38,381 nucleotides of DNA from Rhizaria sp. SCN 62-66. Lineage: Eukaryota. The notes beneath the pieces are model-generated. The model was not told the origin of the DNA. It ran no database searches and was given only the letters and a program-made list of their open reading frames with translations. The stretch is taken from positions 62,001 through 100,381 of the forward strand of contig MEDY01000061.1 in assembly GCA_001724265.1 (NCBI GenBank), read 5' to 3'. The position numbers were made by a program, and so were the translations under genes. Positions 10,401 to 22,800 of this stretch are shown in pieces (within the stretch, counting starts at the first letter, position 1; each line of letters begins with the position of its first letter).

Positions 10401-12392
10401 GAAGGACTTAAGCCTAGCCGCCTCCTCTTTGAGCGTAGCCTCCTCTTCGGCAGCAGCGTCAGCGTGGTTGCTCTTGCCTTTCTTGGCGTTACTACCGCTG
10501 CTAAGATTAGCGTTTAAGGTACTAAGAGCGAGTGCTGTCTCGGTGTCATGCTGCTGCACGTATTGGCGCACGAATGTTAGGGCTTCGTCGGCGCATCTAA
10601 GAGCCTGCGCGCGCGCCTGATAAGCCGCCTCTCCAGTCTGTGAGATCATCGCGCTCAGCGTGGTACTTAGATCGGGGGATGTAAGTACACCGCCGTTGTC
10701 GTGGCAACGAAGCATCGATGCTGCAGTTGTAAGCGCGCTCCTGCCCTCTGTAAGTACCTCGACTAAGTACTCTGGCTGGACTGACAAATTCATCGTCGTC
10801 AGGACGTCTGCGCCCGAGGCTAAGTAGGCCAAGTGCGCATCCCGGAGGATGTAAGGGGGCGGCACGCGCTCCCCACTGCTGCTGCTGCTGCTGTCACCAC
10901 TGTAAGGGGCACTTAGATGCTGGTCAGTGAAAAGAGACGTCAGTGGCAGCGGCGGCTGGTGGTGGTGGTGACTATGACTGTGCGCAGTTGCAGCGGCGGC
11001 GGCAGCGGAGGAGATATTAGAGCTAATACTGTTGTTAGCGTTGATGCCGAACAGACTGTTCATCGCTGCACTGCCGTTGATCAAGGGGCTCGCGTTGTTG
11101 TTGTTCGTCGTGTTGCAGTTGTTAATGCAGCCACCAGTGCTGCTGCTCTGAGCCGGGGCATACGTGAAGTTCGGGATTGTAAGGGGCAAAGGAGACAGCG
11201 GGGGCAAGTCGTCGCTTGAGCTGCCCGAGAGATCCTCGTCGTAAGCGTCGGACACCCCCTTAGACGTCGCCTCACGAGAGCCGACACCGCCGCCGAGAGT
11301 GATGAGACCCAGCGCGGCCTTGGCTTCGTCGTTCAGACTGAGAACACCCTCGGAGCTGAGTGTAAGTACCTCGGTCAAGGGCCCGTCGAGCACTAAGGGC
11401 CGCAAGTCGGTGAAAGGGAAGCCACCAATCGCCGTTTCACCACCCACTGAACCAGCGCCAGAACCAACTACATTCCCAGCACTTAGGTTGGCACCCGTGT
11501 CACTCGTGACGCCCTTGTTGCTGTAGTTAATGTAGCCTGAGCGGAACGCTTGCAGGCGGGCTTCGGGGCTGGCCAAGCGTTGCGACGGCAGCGGCAGGGA
11601 CGCGTCGAGCAGAGAAGTTAGGCCGCCACCGGTGCTGCTACCCGTGAGCGCGTACGGGGCACCAACCCCACCAGAAGTGAAGCCGCCTGCAGTCGCAGTG
11701 CCAACGCTGTTAGTCGCCGTGCCCGACGAAAGAAGAGTCAGGATGAACGGAGACAGGTTGCCACCGCTGCTCAGGCCACCAACGCCACCGCCGCCGCCGC
11801 CGCCGCTGTTGATGTTGTTGTTGCTGTTGCTGCTGCTGTGGTTGATAAAGTCAAAGCGGCTGTGTTGCGCAGTCACGACGTCGAAGTGGCCACCGCCACT
11901 GTGGTGCGGCGCTGCTGCGGCGGCGGCTGCGGCGGCGTTGGCGGCCGCGACGGCGGCGGCGGCGGCGGCGGCCGTGACCGTCCCGGGGTGGCTGCTGCTC
12001 GAGGGCACGGTCACGGAGGGCTTTTTGCGCAGCATCGCGCTCACGCCGGCGCCGTGGTTGTTGGTGGAAGCCGAGCCGCCGCCGCTGCGGTGCGGGCTGA
12101 AGTACCGAGCAGGCTGCTGTGAGAGCACTGGCAACAGGGTGCCAAAGCTCGAGCTAAAGCTTGAGCGAAAGCTAGAGTGCAGCGATGCATGTTGCTGAGT
12201 CAGATCGCAATAAGCTTGCGTCTGCGCAGCGTATGCAGGCATAGCCACAGTTGCCACACTGCTTGCAAACGCATGTGCAGTCGCAAATGCCGTCGAAGTC
12301 GCAGTAGCTGTCGCAAGCGCAGCGGCTGTAGTCCGTTGCGTTGCTGCAGCGACACACCGTGTCGTTAACACGCGTGACCGTGCGCCCCACAT
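7441..12392 (-). CDS. Homocysteine S-methyltransferase-family protein, ~1554 aa, heavily expanded, with a putative mitochondrial presequence
   Basis: Exons 12392-9173 and 8885-7441; intron 9172-8886 (GTGCGT...CTAG) joins the two in frame. HMT motifs appear in order: LVLDG, AHLAYLASGADVLTT, LAPWCDAFLCES, PVWVSF, YLFNCSSP, IGAYA, VLGGCCGAGPGHV. The Zn-ligand cysteines are retained. Confidence 0.8.
9248..9295 (-). repeat. Purine-pyrimidine alternating repeat encoding HAHAHAHPHAHAHAH in the HMT protein
   Basis: gtgcgcgtgcgcgtgtgcatgtgggtgtgcatgcgcgtgtgcatgtga on the + strand; His-Ala repeat in the ORF translation. Confidence 0.85.
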
Positions 12393-12940
12393 GTCGGTAC
12401 CGCGATGTCACACTCACAAAAGTGTGGGGAGGCGTTAGTCAGCTATTCCGATGACAGTCTAGGCGAAAGAATTGTCGTCTTCAAGCTGTGCAGATCCGGA
12501 TCTGCTTGACCAGCATTCAAAGCAGAACAGCGCAATTAAAACCATAATCTGTAAGATATTATTTAGAGATCAAATAATAAACACCGTATTAAATCCACCA
12601 ATCCAAGTGCAGATCATATTTACGTTGCTGTCATGCGCAATCAACATCGTCTGCATTCGTCTCTCGGCCGACAATCAAATCTCGCTTGCAGTGTCGCTGC
12701 AGCCACAAACGTTCTTCAATCCCAACAAAACAGAGTTTATGCAAGCATAATCAAGAGACATAAAGCTTAATATAAAATATGTTGTATTTCAGTAACATCT
12801 CTAATCAATCGTATCATATATCTTCATAAGTCCTCCATCAAACACGACAACGGCAACTCTAAAAAACAAAATTGGCCTTCAGTAAACACGTCACTCCAGA
12901 TTTCTCACTTTGTCAGCGAAGCAGATCACACCAAGGCTGC

Positions 12941-15714
12941 TCAGTTATCGCGGAGACGGATGAACATCCGCTTGAGCATGCGCGCCTCGTAGGCCACCGT
13001 GCGCTGCGCCTTGCTCACGGTGCCGGCGAGCGCTCTCTCAGCCCGGCCGGCGAGCGCGGCCTCCGCGCCTACGGCGCTCGCGTTGTAGCTGCTGCTAGAG
13101 CCCGCGGAGCCAGAGCCCGAGGCGGCGCCCTCGGCGTCGTCGGAGCCGCCCAGTGCAGCGCAGATGGCGCCGCCGGCGGCCTCGCACGCGGTGAGGAAGT
13201 TGATGACGTCAGCAAAGAACGAGTCCTTCATGACGAGCATCTGCTTTGCCACGGTCTCTGCCAGCGCCAGGAAGCACCGCTTCGAGTGGAACCACGTCTC
13301 TGCGCTGAGTTTCTTGGATTGGGGCTCGAGCGCCTTCATCACGCGCTCAATGCCGAACTCGAAGTTGCCCTTGGAGCAGTAGAGCGTGCCGATGACGATG
13401 TTGACGATGCACAGATGGTACGACTGTGCGCCGTTGTTGAGCGCAGCATGGCGCTCCTCGGCGCGGTCGATCTGCCGCATGAGCTCCGCCGCCACGTCGT
13501 TCTGCGAGGTCATGATGTACGCCACGCACAGGTTCGCCAGCACGATCGCTGTGACGTTGAGGATGTCGGTCTCGCCGCCCTCCAAGTGGCGCCGCACGAA
13601 GGGCTCGTAGTAGCGGATGGCGTCGTGGTACTTGTCGCTCTGCATGAAGAACACGTGCGCCACGTTCAGCTTCCACGTCTCGTGGTCAGAGCAGAACTCG
13701 GCGGACTGGCGGAACACGCGCTCAGCCATGCTGTAGTTGCCGCGGTCCCAGTAGATGCGCGCCTATAGTAGAGTTAGTTATAAAAGAGAGATATAGAATA
13801 AAAAGTTGTGAGATTTTTGTTTGAAGTGTGATATATCTCTCATTTTCACATTTTTAAAATGAAAACAAATTGTTATTTGAATAATTGGCATAATAACCCT
13901 CAATATAGTCGTTGAATTCTGAATGAAACAGATCTTCTAATTGAAATCTTTGTTTTAGCGATGACGTACCTGTCCCATGAGGACGGGGATGTACTGGTCG
14001 AGCGCGGCGTCATACGCCGCCACCGCGGCCTTGATGAGCTCATCCGACCGGGCGAGACGGGCATCCTGGATGGCCTTTGTGCGTTTGCGCAGGACGTCGA
14101 CGTGGCGCGTGGCGAGCTGGTCCAGCGAGCGGTACGCCTCAGCCTGCGCCTGTTCACTGCCATCGCCTTCGACGAGCGCGCTGAGGTACTCGAACATGTC
14201 CTGGCTCAACACGCCGCCCGCGCTCAGCCCGCCGCCGTCGGCCGCGGCGGAGTCGGAGGCGTAGTCGGCGAGCACGTCGGCCGCCAGGTCCGTCACGCGG
14301 TGCTTGATGTAGAGCAAGACCAGGTTCGCCAGCGTCTCCGGCGGCCGCGGCGGGTTGCGCAACAGGTGCTGGAGCTTGCGGAACCCGCCTGAGGGATCGG
14401 TGGCCATGTTCGCCAGCGCGGTGTTGTGCAGTGTAACGTGGTCGAGCTCCTCCTCAAGCCGGGGCGGCATCTCACGCAGCGCCTCGCGCGCCGCCTCGGT
14501 GTTGTTTAGCGTCAGCTCCACGGCGGCCTTGAGGTTGAAGGCCTCCAGCAAACAGGTCTCGCGCAGCGCCTGCGAGTTGCCGACGGAGCGCACGTCGCCG
14601 TCCTCGAGCGCGCTGCCCACAGAGAGCTCGGGGTGTTCGCGTACACCGCGCTCGATGATGTCGCCGCAACCCTTGAGCGCCAGCGCCCACGAGCCCTGCT
14701 TGTAGTGGCACAGCGCGATGTTGTACAGCAGGTCAGGCTGCTGGCCGAGGAGACCCGCGGCCGTGGTGAAGCCCTGGCGCGCGGCGTCGTAGTTGCCCTC
14801 CTTGTACTGCACGGCAGATGTCGCCACGAGGGTCTCGGCCGTGTCGGAGGGGAGCAGGGAGATAAAGGTCTTTGTGCCCGCGATGTCGTCTTGTGCGTAA
14901 CGAATCGCAGCTATATATATGTATATAACGCGTCGTAATTGAAAATAAAATAGAAATAATTGTAAGATAAATGAGTGGGGTATCTTATATCTTAATTTGA
15001 TAGCGAAATGATTTTGTTAAGTCGGTCAAATGTTCAGTTTGAGAAGTTTCACTGTGAAGTGCATCTCTATTTTAGTCGACGCCTCTCTTTGATGTGGCGA
15101 TGTGGCTGAAGCGTACCTTGAAGCTGGATCATGCGCTGAGCGTACTGCGGGTCGGTAACGGTACTCGCGACCTTGTGTGCCTCGTCGTGCATGCCGGCGT
15201 TGAAGAGGGACTGAGCCCAGTGCACCGAGTACTCGGAGACGTGGGGGCACAGGGTCACGAGCTGCTCGTAGTGCTCGGACGCGGACACGAAATCCTAGAA
15301 TTCGCAGCAATTCACAACGACAACAAAGCAAAAGCAAGTGCAACCAGTGCCAAGAAAAGTAAGACAAGTGAGAATGAAAGAACGATACAAAGTTTGTTTA
15401 ACGGACGAAGATCAAGGTCTGAGACTGCGAAACGCAAGAATGACACAAAATAGTCACCAAAGAGTACCATTGAAACACGATTAGCTTTTTAATGTGCTAT
15501 ATAGCCGTACCTGGATGTAATAGTAGCAGTAGGCGAGGAGCGAGAGCGCGGCGCGCGACCCCGGGTGCGCCTGCAGCTGGTGGTGCAGAGCACGGATGGC
15601 GTCTCCATAGCGTTGGTCGGCGATAAGTCCGTAAACGTACTGCGTCGTGGAGGACGAAGAGGCCGAGGCCGAGGCGGAGGGGCGCATCATCGTGCGGTTC
15701 ATCATCGTGGCCAT
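12941..15714 (-). CDS. TTC30: Intraflagellar transport protein IFT70 (TTC30/fleer/DYF-1), ~714 aa
   Basis: Exons 15714-15511, 15294-15117, 14910-13970 and 13762-12941; all donors GTACG, frame consistent. Motifs SRAALSLLAYCYY, IIERGVREHPEL, EAFNLKAA, MPPRLEEELDHVTLHN, WKLNVAHVFFMQ, YHLCIVNIVIGTLYCSKGNFEFGI. Confidence 0.95.
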
Positions 15715-16831
15715 GGGGTGAGAGCAGAAGCGCCAGTCACTGCGGGAATGTTAGACGAGCGAGCGAGGCTGGGAGAGTGGGCTGGGTTGGGGGAGGAGAG
15801 TGCTGCGGGGCGCAGTCACTGAGTCGTGGAGTGCGACTAAACCGAGAGGCGTGCGCAGCGTGTGTAAACGCTGGAGTGCAATGGTTGCGTCTAGCGGGTA
15901 GACGAAAGAGGCTGGGGAAGCACGGGAAGAAGGGAGAGCGTGGGTGCAAACGGTTGTTTCTCAAGGTCAACTTGCAGTCATCAGAAAAAGGGGAATGTGG
16001 CATCATATGCAAAGTTTAACAAAATTTATATATTATATAAAAGGGTGGTATTATAATATTTGAACAAAATCCGATTTTGTCGTTGTAAATATCGTGAAAT
16101 CTGCGCTTACGATTTGCCCACATTTCAAACGGTCCAAACCAGGCAGCCGACCGACTGAGTCCTGGCCAACGGCCACAAAGCCACTGCAAGCGAGACGCAA
16201 AGTAACGCAAAATACAACTGCTGTCGCATTTAACAATCTCCGAATAAGCTGACTTTTGAAAGTGTTATATCTGTACATCTGTATTTCCTTATAGTGACAA
16301 ATAATCTTCATTATATGATCAAAATATTCACACTTGGTCCTCAGATTTGTTCCCGCCAACACTCGCATTCTGTTGCTATGCTACTCATGTGTGGATGGTG
16401 CTCATTACAAGCGCGCAATAGAGCAACCCGGTGACACAGAGAGCAGCATTGATAACAAGAAAGACACGTCCAATCAACAATCTGAAGGCCAAGAACAAAA
16501 AATACAGCAGCAGCAACAAAAACAATATCTTGATACAGATTCAAAAACTCATCATACTTTCTTCTCCTCTTTCCTACCATCATATCATCATCAAAGCTAT
16601 TACGAATTACATATACTATTGTCAAACAGTAAGCCTTCAATAAATCTTACTTCTTTACTTGAACAGAAGAGACAAACAAACACACACGAGCGAGCGCCAA
16701 CCAGCAGGACTAAGCTCGACGATGTTACTCAAGCCGCCATTGCTGTCTATCAGTTATTTTCTTATTCTTCCTCTAAGTACCCCCCTTAGAGCGGAAACTT
16801 AGACGACAACGCCCAGCAGCAGTACTTTAGA

Positions 16832-19800
16832 TTAGACAATGTCGATGTCATCGTCCTTCTCCTGAATACCGTCGTCCTTCATATTGCGCGGGAACTTCTG
16901 CAGCAGCCGCTTGAGCTTGGACTTTGAGAACTGGAACACGACAGACCGGCGGATCGGCACGTCGTCGCCGAGCGGGTCGTAGCTGATCTTGTGGCAGTGG
17001 CAGTCATCCGACGCCAGCGCCTTCATTGACACGAGCATCGAGCGCAGGATGACGAGGTTCTTGGTCGTGACGCCAGTCTGGTACGACAACTTCATGTGCA
17101 CCAAGTCCGGGTCCGCCGTCGTCAGAAGCACGAAGTGCACGTTGGACAGGAACTTGATCAGCCGCCCCTCGTCCTCGTCGACGCAGTGCATCACAGCCAG
17201 TGCGTTGAGACAGCCGAACGTGACGCACTGGAGGTACTTGCGCAGCGGCTTGACGCGGTACAGGATGCCCTTAGACGTGAGTTCCTCGTATGAGAAGCGG
17301 ACCACCTTGCCACGCTCGCGGACGACGTGTACCTTGTCCCACCGGTGCATGCGCTCGGAAAACCGCTTCAGTGCGCGCTGATCGGTGTTCTTATTGGCGA
17401 GCCCGAAGTTGGACTCGAGGTACTTGCTGTCGACCACCGTCGACGACGTGATGCTCTCGAAATTGCGCGACATCGCCTGCGTGGCCGCCGGCAAGTGCTT
17501 CAGCTCGTGGTCGACGGCGCGCTTGATGGTATCGAGCGCGGCGACCTTGCGCTGCTCCTCATCCATGTAGTGGCGCTTCTTGGTATCGCGCTCCGAGAGC
17601 TTCTCGCGCAGCAGCAGAGGCTCTACCGACGACGCGTCAGCGACGAACGACACGAGGTCGTGGCGCTCACCCAGCTCCACCTTGGTGCCTTTGAACACGC
17701 GGATCAGGCGCTTGAACGCGTAGGCCGCGATCTCATAGTCATGGCCGCCCTCTTGCTCCGAGTACTCGTCGATGCGGCGCTCGCGCCAAGCCTTGAGCTC
17801 GACCATGATGGCATGCCAGGCGGACTCGCCGTTGAGCTCTTCGAGAATGATGTTGAAGCTGGGCTCGACGAGAATGTCGTACATGAGATCGCACTCGAGT
17901 TTGTTGAACGTGAGCGTGATGTCCTTGCGGCCGTCGCCGGCGCCACTGCTGGTCATTGCGCTCGAGCTGGAGCTGGAGCCCCCGCCGCCGCTGTTGCTCG
18001 TGCCGCCCGAGTTTGTGCTCGCCGAGCGCGGGTGCATGCAGCGGCAGATTTCGCACGCGTCCTCGGCCGACTTGCGGCGCAGCTCGTAGTCGCAGCGCGT
18101 GGTGTCGAGCCGCAGGTTGACGCGCATCCAGTCGTGCCAGTCCTGTTCTTCGTGCTTGGACCGGTAGCCGAGGTCCTTCATCACCTTGCGCATGTCCTGC
18201 GTCGAGCAGAAGTCGCGCGAGCGGCACAGCAGCGGCAGCGATGAGCGAGGCACTTGGAGAATGCGGCGGGGGAAAAAGAACGGCATCTTGAGGAAGTGCG
18301 TCAGCAGGTCGAGCTGCATCTGCTTGTAGGTCGACGACTCGCCCTTGGACTCGTGGTACTCAGTCTCCGAGACGTGGTCAGCGATGCGCTCGAGGACCGA
18401 GTGGTTCATATTCTGCAGGACGCCGCTCGCGCTGCCGCCGCCGCCAGAGCCACCGGAGGCGTTGTTCATGTTGCCCAGCGCGGCCGCGGCGGCGGCGGCG
18501 GCGGCGGCGGCGGACGACATGTCGGCGCCGCCGTTGCTGCCGTTGCTCGTGCCGTTGTCACTCTGCTTCATGACGTAGTCGGGGATCTTGTAGCGGCCCG
18601 TGACGTAGAGCATCAAGTCCGTCACGTCGTCCGCGGTCAGCTCGGCGCCAACGTCACGCAGCTGCAGCAGCACCAGTGTCTCAGAAGGGCCGATCTGCGA
18701 GGCGCCCGAGCAGACGAGTGCGTCCATCGAGTTGGCAGTGTTCCAGCCGCGGCCGCCGCGCAAACGCAGGTTGTTCGGGTCCTCCAGAGGGTCGACCTCG
18801 GCGTTGACGTCCGTGTCAGCCTCCTATAGACGACAAGCAAAAGTTGGAACAAAAATTGTTGAGAAAAAAAAAGTAAGTTGATTGTGATATGATTAAAACA
18901 TTCAACAAGTGAAATTGACACAAATCGATATCAATATCAGTAAATAGTTTTTAACTTCGTCAATTGAAAGTCTAGAAAGCGTACCTGGAGTCCGAAACCG
19001 CGGCGCTGGAGCTGGCGGCGCTTGACCTCGAACTGGTACGTCTGGTCAGCTAGCATCACCTCGGCGAGAATGCGCATCACGACGCGGCCAATCACGTCCG
19101 AGGGATCGATCTTGTTGCGGCGCAGCGCGGAGCAGAGGACGACGAGTGGCCACTGCATGATGGACATGAGCTGGCTGAAGATCTGCTCGCTCTCGATGAT
19201 GCCCAGCAGCTGGTCGGCCTTGTGGCGGACCAGGCGGAAGGCTGTCACGACCGAGGACGGGGTCTTGTCCTGGAGGTACTTGTCAAGCCAGTCGACCGGC
19301 GTGACCTGTGGTTAATGTAACAACAATAAGCAAGGAGTGAAAAGTGAGTGAAGTAATCACGAAACTAAAGTAAAACAAAGTACAATACATAAATACACAC
19401 TGAAATAAATTGTCTCCAAATTAAGTCCGATAGTGGTCTCAATGTCACATGTTCATTTTGATACGTACGCAAGTGACTGTGCGGTCGTTCGAGGGCGCAA
19501 AGGGGGTCAACTCAGCCAGAGCCTTGGCCAAAAGGTCGGACAGCTGGCGGCGGATCTTTCCGTGAAGGAAAATGTCGCGGAAAACAGTCCACTCGATGCT
19601 GTCTTCGGTCAAAATGCTCTGCTTGGTCTTACCACGCGTGCTGTACTCGAGCATAAGCCGCAGGAACACGTGGAACACGCGGATATCTTCGTCGCGGTGC
19701 AGGTCGTAGATCGAAAAGACGAGATTGCTAAACCGATTGCGCAGACAGTTGGCCTTCTCGACCGTCTTGACGGACTTGGTCTTATCGCCGTCATCTTCCT

Positions 19801-22800
19801 CCTCTTCGTCGGCCTTGTTGCTGTTCTTGCCCTTGCGCTGCTGGCGCGGCGCCGCGTCCTGGCCGAAAAACACCGCCGACACGGCCGAGGAGTACAGCTG
19901 GTAGGACCGGAACATCAGACACGGCTGCATGTACAGGCGTGACACCAGGAGCTCGGCCGGGTTAAGTAGGTCACGCTCGAACGAGACCTTCTTGTTGAGG
20001 AGTTTCTCCTCGAGGAAGCCCTCCATGTTGTCGTCGACGTCACCGCGCGACTCGACGTCCACGTCCAGCTCCCAGTCGTCGGGACCTACAAATGATCATG
20101 TTCAAGCAAGTGCGCAAACAATGCGAACGAAGAGAAGTGAAAAATGGAACATGTAAGAAAAGCACTATCAGTGAGGATATAAACACATATGTAGCTAAAA
20201 TAGTAAACAACTATAAAAACACTAAGTCTCACAGAGAAATATATCAATTATATATACTCTGGCACTTTTGGCGATTTAGCGGTTTACGTACCGGGGAAGC
20301 AGCAGCAGACGAGCGCGCCGGTGTCGGGCCGATCCATGGGCACGTTAAGCTTGTGCCCATCTGCGTGGTACACGACCTTGGACTGCGCCTGCGTCCCAGC
20401 CGCCGTGTCTGACGTCTTGCGGCGCTCGCTCTCACCACCTTCACGCATCTTGATCTGGCGCCGCTCTTCGTTCGTCTCGCGGATGCGTTGCTGCGAGGTG
20501 ATCGAGTCGACGGCGTGCTGCGACTGGTCGACGCGCCGCGTGATTGCGGTGTGGATCAGCTCGATCTGCTCCAGAGCGGCCTTGAGGTGCTCGTGCTTGT
20601 GGATCTTGAAGTTGCGCGTGAAGGCAGCGCGCAGCAGACGGCTCTTCTTGGCCAAGTCAGCGGCCTCAGTACCTAAAGAAAAAACCGCCAAAAACATTAA
20701 GAGAAGATAAATAAAGGCGTTAGCGATTGACAGAAATCACAATATATAAGTATATAGAACGTGTTATCAATGCATCGAGTAGTGCCTGCGTGGCAGTCTT
20801 GCTATATAGTGTTTAAACAGTGCGTTTTCGCGAAACAACAATGGACTTGGTGAAGACATGATGAATATCACTTTACGACGAAGAGTTATTTGTTTAAGTG
20901 CTGTGGTTCAACGTACCTTCGACGTCGGTCTGTTGCTGCTTCTCCTCCTGCTGCTGCTTGACGCGGCGGCGCAGCACGCGCGCCATCTGACGCTCAGCCT
21001 TGTGGAAGATCGGAATGACCTTTGGCTCAGCCTAAAGAGCGCAAAGAGGGAAGAATCAAAATAAAAGAAAAGCTTTGTGTGAGTCTAAAGTACACTTAAA
21101 CGACACTTTTGAAAACAAAGCTAACACAACATATGTAACAGGGCACAATTCTCTTAAATAATACATTGTAGAACAAACTCATTTCATCCTAGCGAGATAT
21201 CGACGCTTTTGTTAACGTCAACATACCTCTGACTTATTCGCGCCGCTGCGGCCATCGCCGGTGCCGAGGCCGAGACGGCCGGAGTCACCATAACCCCACA
21301 CGTACGCCTCGCCCTCGTCGGTGCACAGCGCGTTGTGGTCGGCCATCGCGGCGATCTGGCGGATGCGGAGCGTGCGGAACGACTTGAGCAGCTCGGGCTG
21401 AACCACGGTCAGCGTCTCCTGTTTCTGCTCCTCGGCGGCCAAGGCGGCGGCGGACGAGTTGGCGGCGTCCTGCTCGGCGCCCGCGGACCGCTGCTGCTGC
21501 TCCAGCGCCTTCTCGGCCATGTGTTTGGCGACGTTGCCGACGCCGAGCTTGCCGTATTGCGTTTCGCCCCATCCAAAAAGCACGGGTGCGCGGCCGTGGT
21601 TGGCCTTTTCATTGTACCGGCAGAGCAAAAAGTGGTGGGAGCGGGCCGTGATCACCTTGAGGACCTTAAAATCGTTAATGGGCAGGTCGGAGGCCAGCTC
21701 GCGACGCAGGTCTTCGCCGTTGTTGAGCTTTTCGATGTACGTCGGCAGCGGGTTCGGGTCTTGGTTCAGGCCTAAGGAAAAAGTAAGCAAGAAACAAAAA
21801 TGAATATTATATATCGCGCATGTGTGAGTAAATGGAGCCTTACATCTAAACATTAATTTTTAATATCGAAGACATTGTAAACGTACCAGGCAGGACACCC
21901 CAGGTGTAGATGACTTCGATATCACTCGAGTTGGATACCGCAATGGTGGCCTTGTCACTTGCGGCGATCAAGTGCACCTTAGGCAGCATCTTGGTCGTCG
22001 CCGCGCCGCCGTTGCCCTTGCCCGAGGAGCCCGTATTGACGCCCTTGTCCTTGTTCTCACGGTTGAACTTCACGTCGTCCATGTGCAAGTCCCAGTCGTC
22101 AACGAGCACGGGTGTCGCGTACGTCAGCTGCGCGTTAGCGTACCGACCCAGCTGCCCATGCTTGCCCATGCCGCACGTGTACACGCGCGCGTCAATCACC
22201 TTCTTGCCGCGCACTTCGAACCGCTCGACGAGGATCGCTGTGTGGGTCGTGCCCAGCGCCAGTGAAACGCGCTCGCGCTGGACGGAGGCGCCCGTGCGCG
22301 GGATCGCGCTCGGCAGGCGCAGCGGCTTGGGGAAAGAGAAAAAGTTCGGGTAGCACGGGAACACGCCTGGGAATAGAGTTGGATCAATAACAAAAAGCGG
22401 TCGTTATATTTAATTAAAAAAAGGGGGGGGGGGTTGTTAGAGTTAGTATGAAATAGCGTGAAAGGTGTGAAAATATTAATTATTTTGTGGGGTTTTGATT
22501 AGCAGAGAACGTACCGGGCTCGTCTTCAGTGCCGACGCCGAGCTGTCCGTACTGGTGGTCGCCCCACACGTAGACGTCGTCGCGGCCGAGGCCGCCGTGG
22601 GTGTCGGTAGTGGCGACCGCGGCGACGTGCGACCAGCCGGCCACCAGGGAGGTGATGTAAGTACCTGCGGGGGGTGTAGGTGCCAGAGCAAGGGGGGAAG
22701 CATGCGATATGTTAAAGCGTGAGCCTCAGAGAATGTTACATGCACGATGACACGTTCAAACAACATCTAGCGTTAACTGCGGTCTGAACCACTTGATACA

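Noticed and set aside
16334-16789. 151-aa plus-strand ORF
   Set aside because: It is AT-rich, has no recognisable motif, and is antisense to the probable 3' UTR of the RCC1 gene.
12872-18829. Many long antisense or alternative-frame ORFs (e.g. 12872-13768, 17327-18244)
   Set aside because: These are shadow ORFs caused by the high GC3 codon bias of the real genes on the opposite strand.
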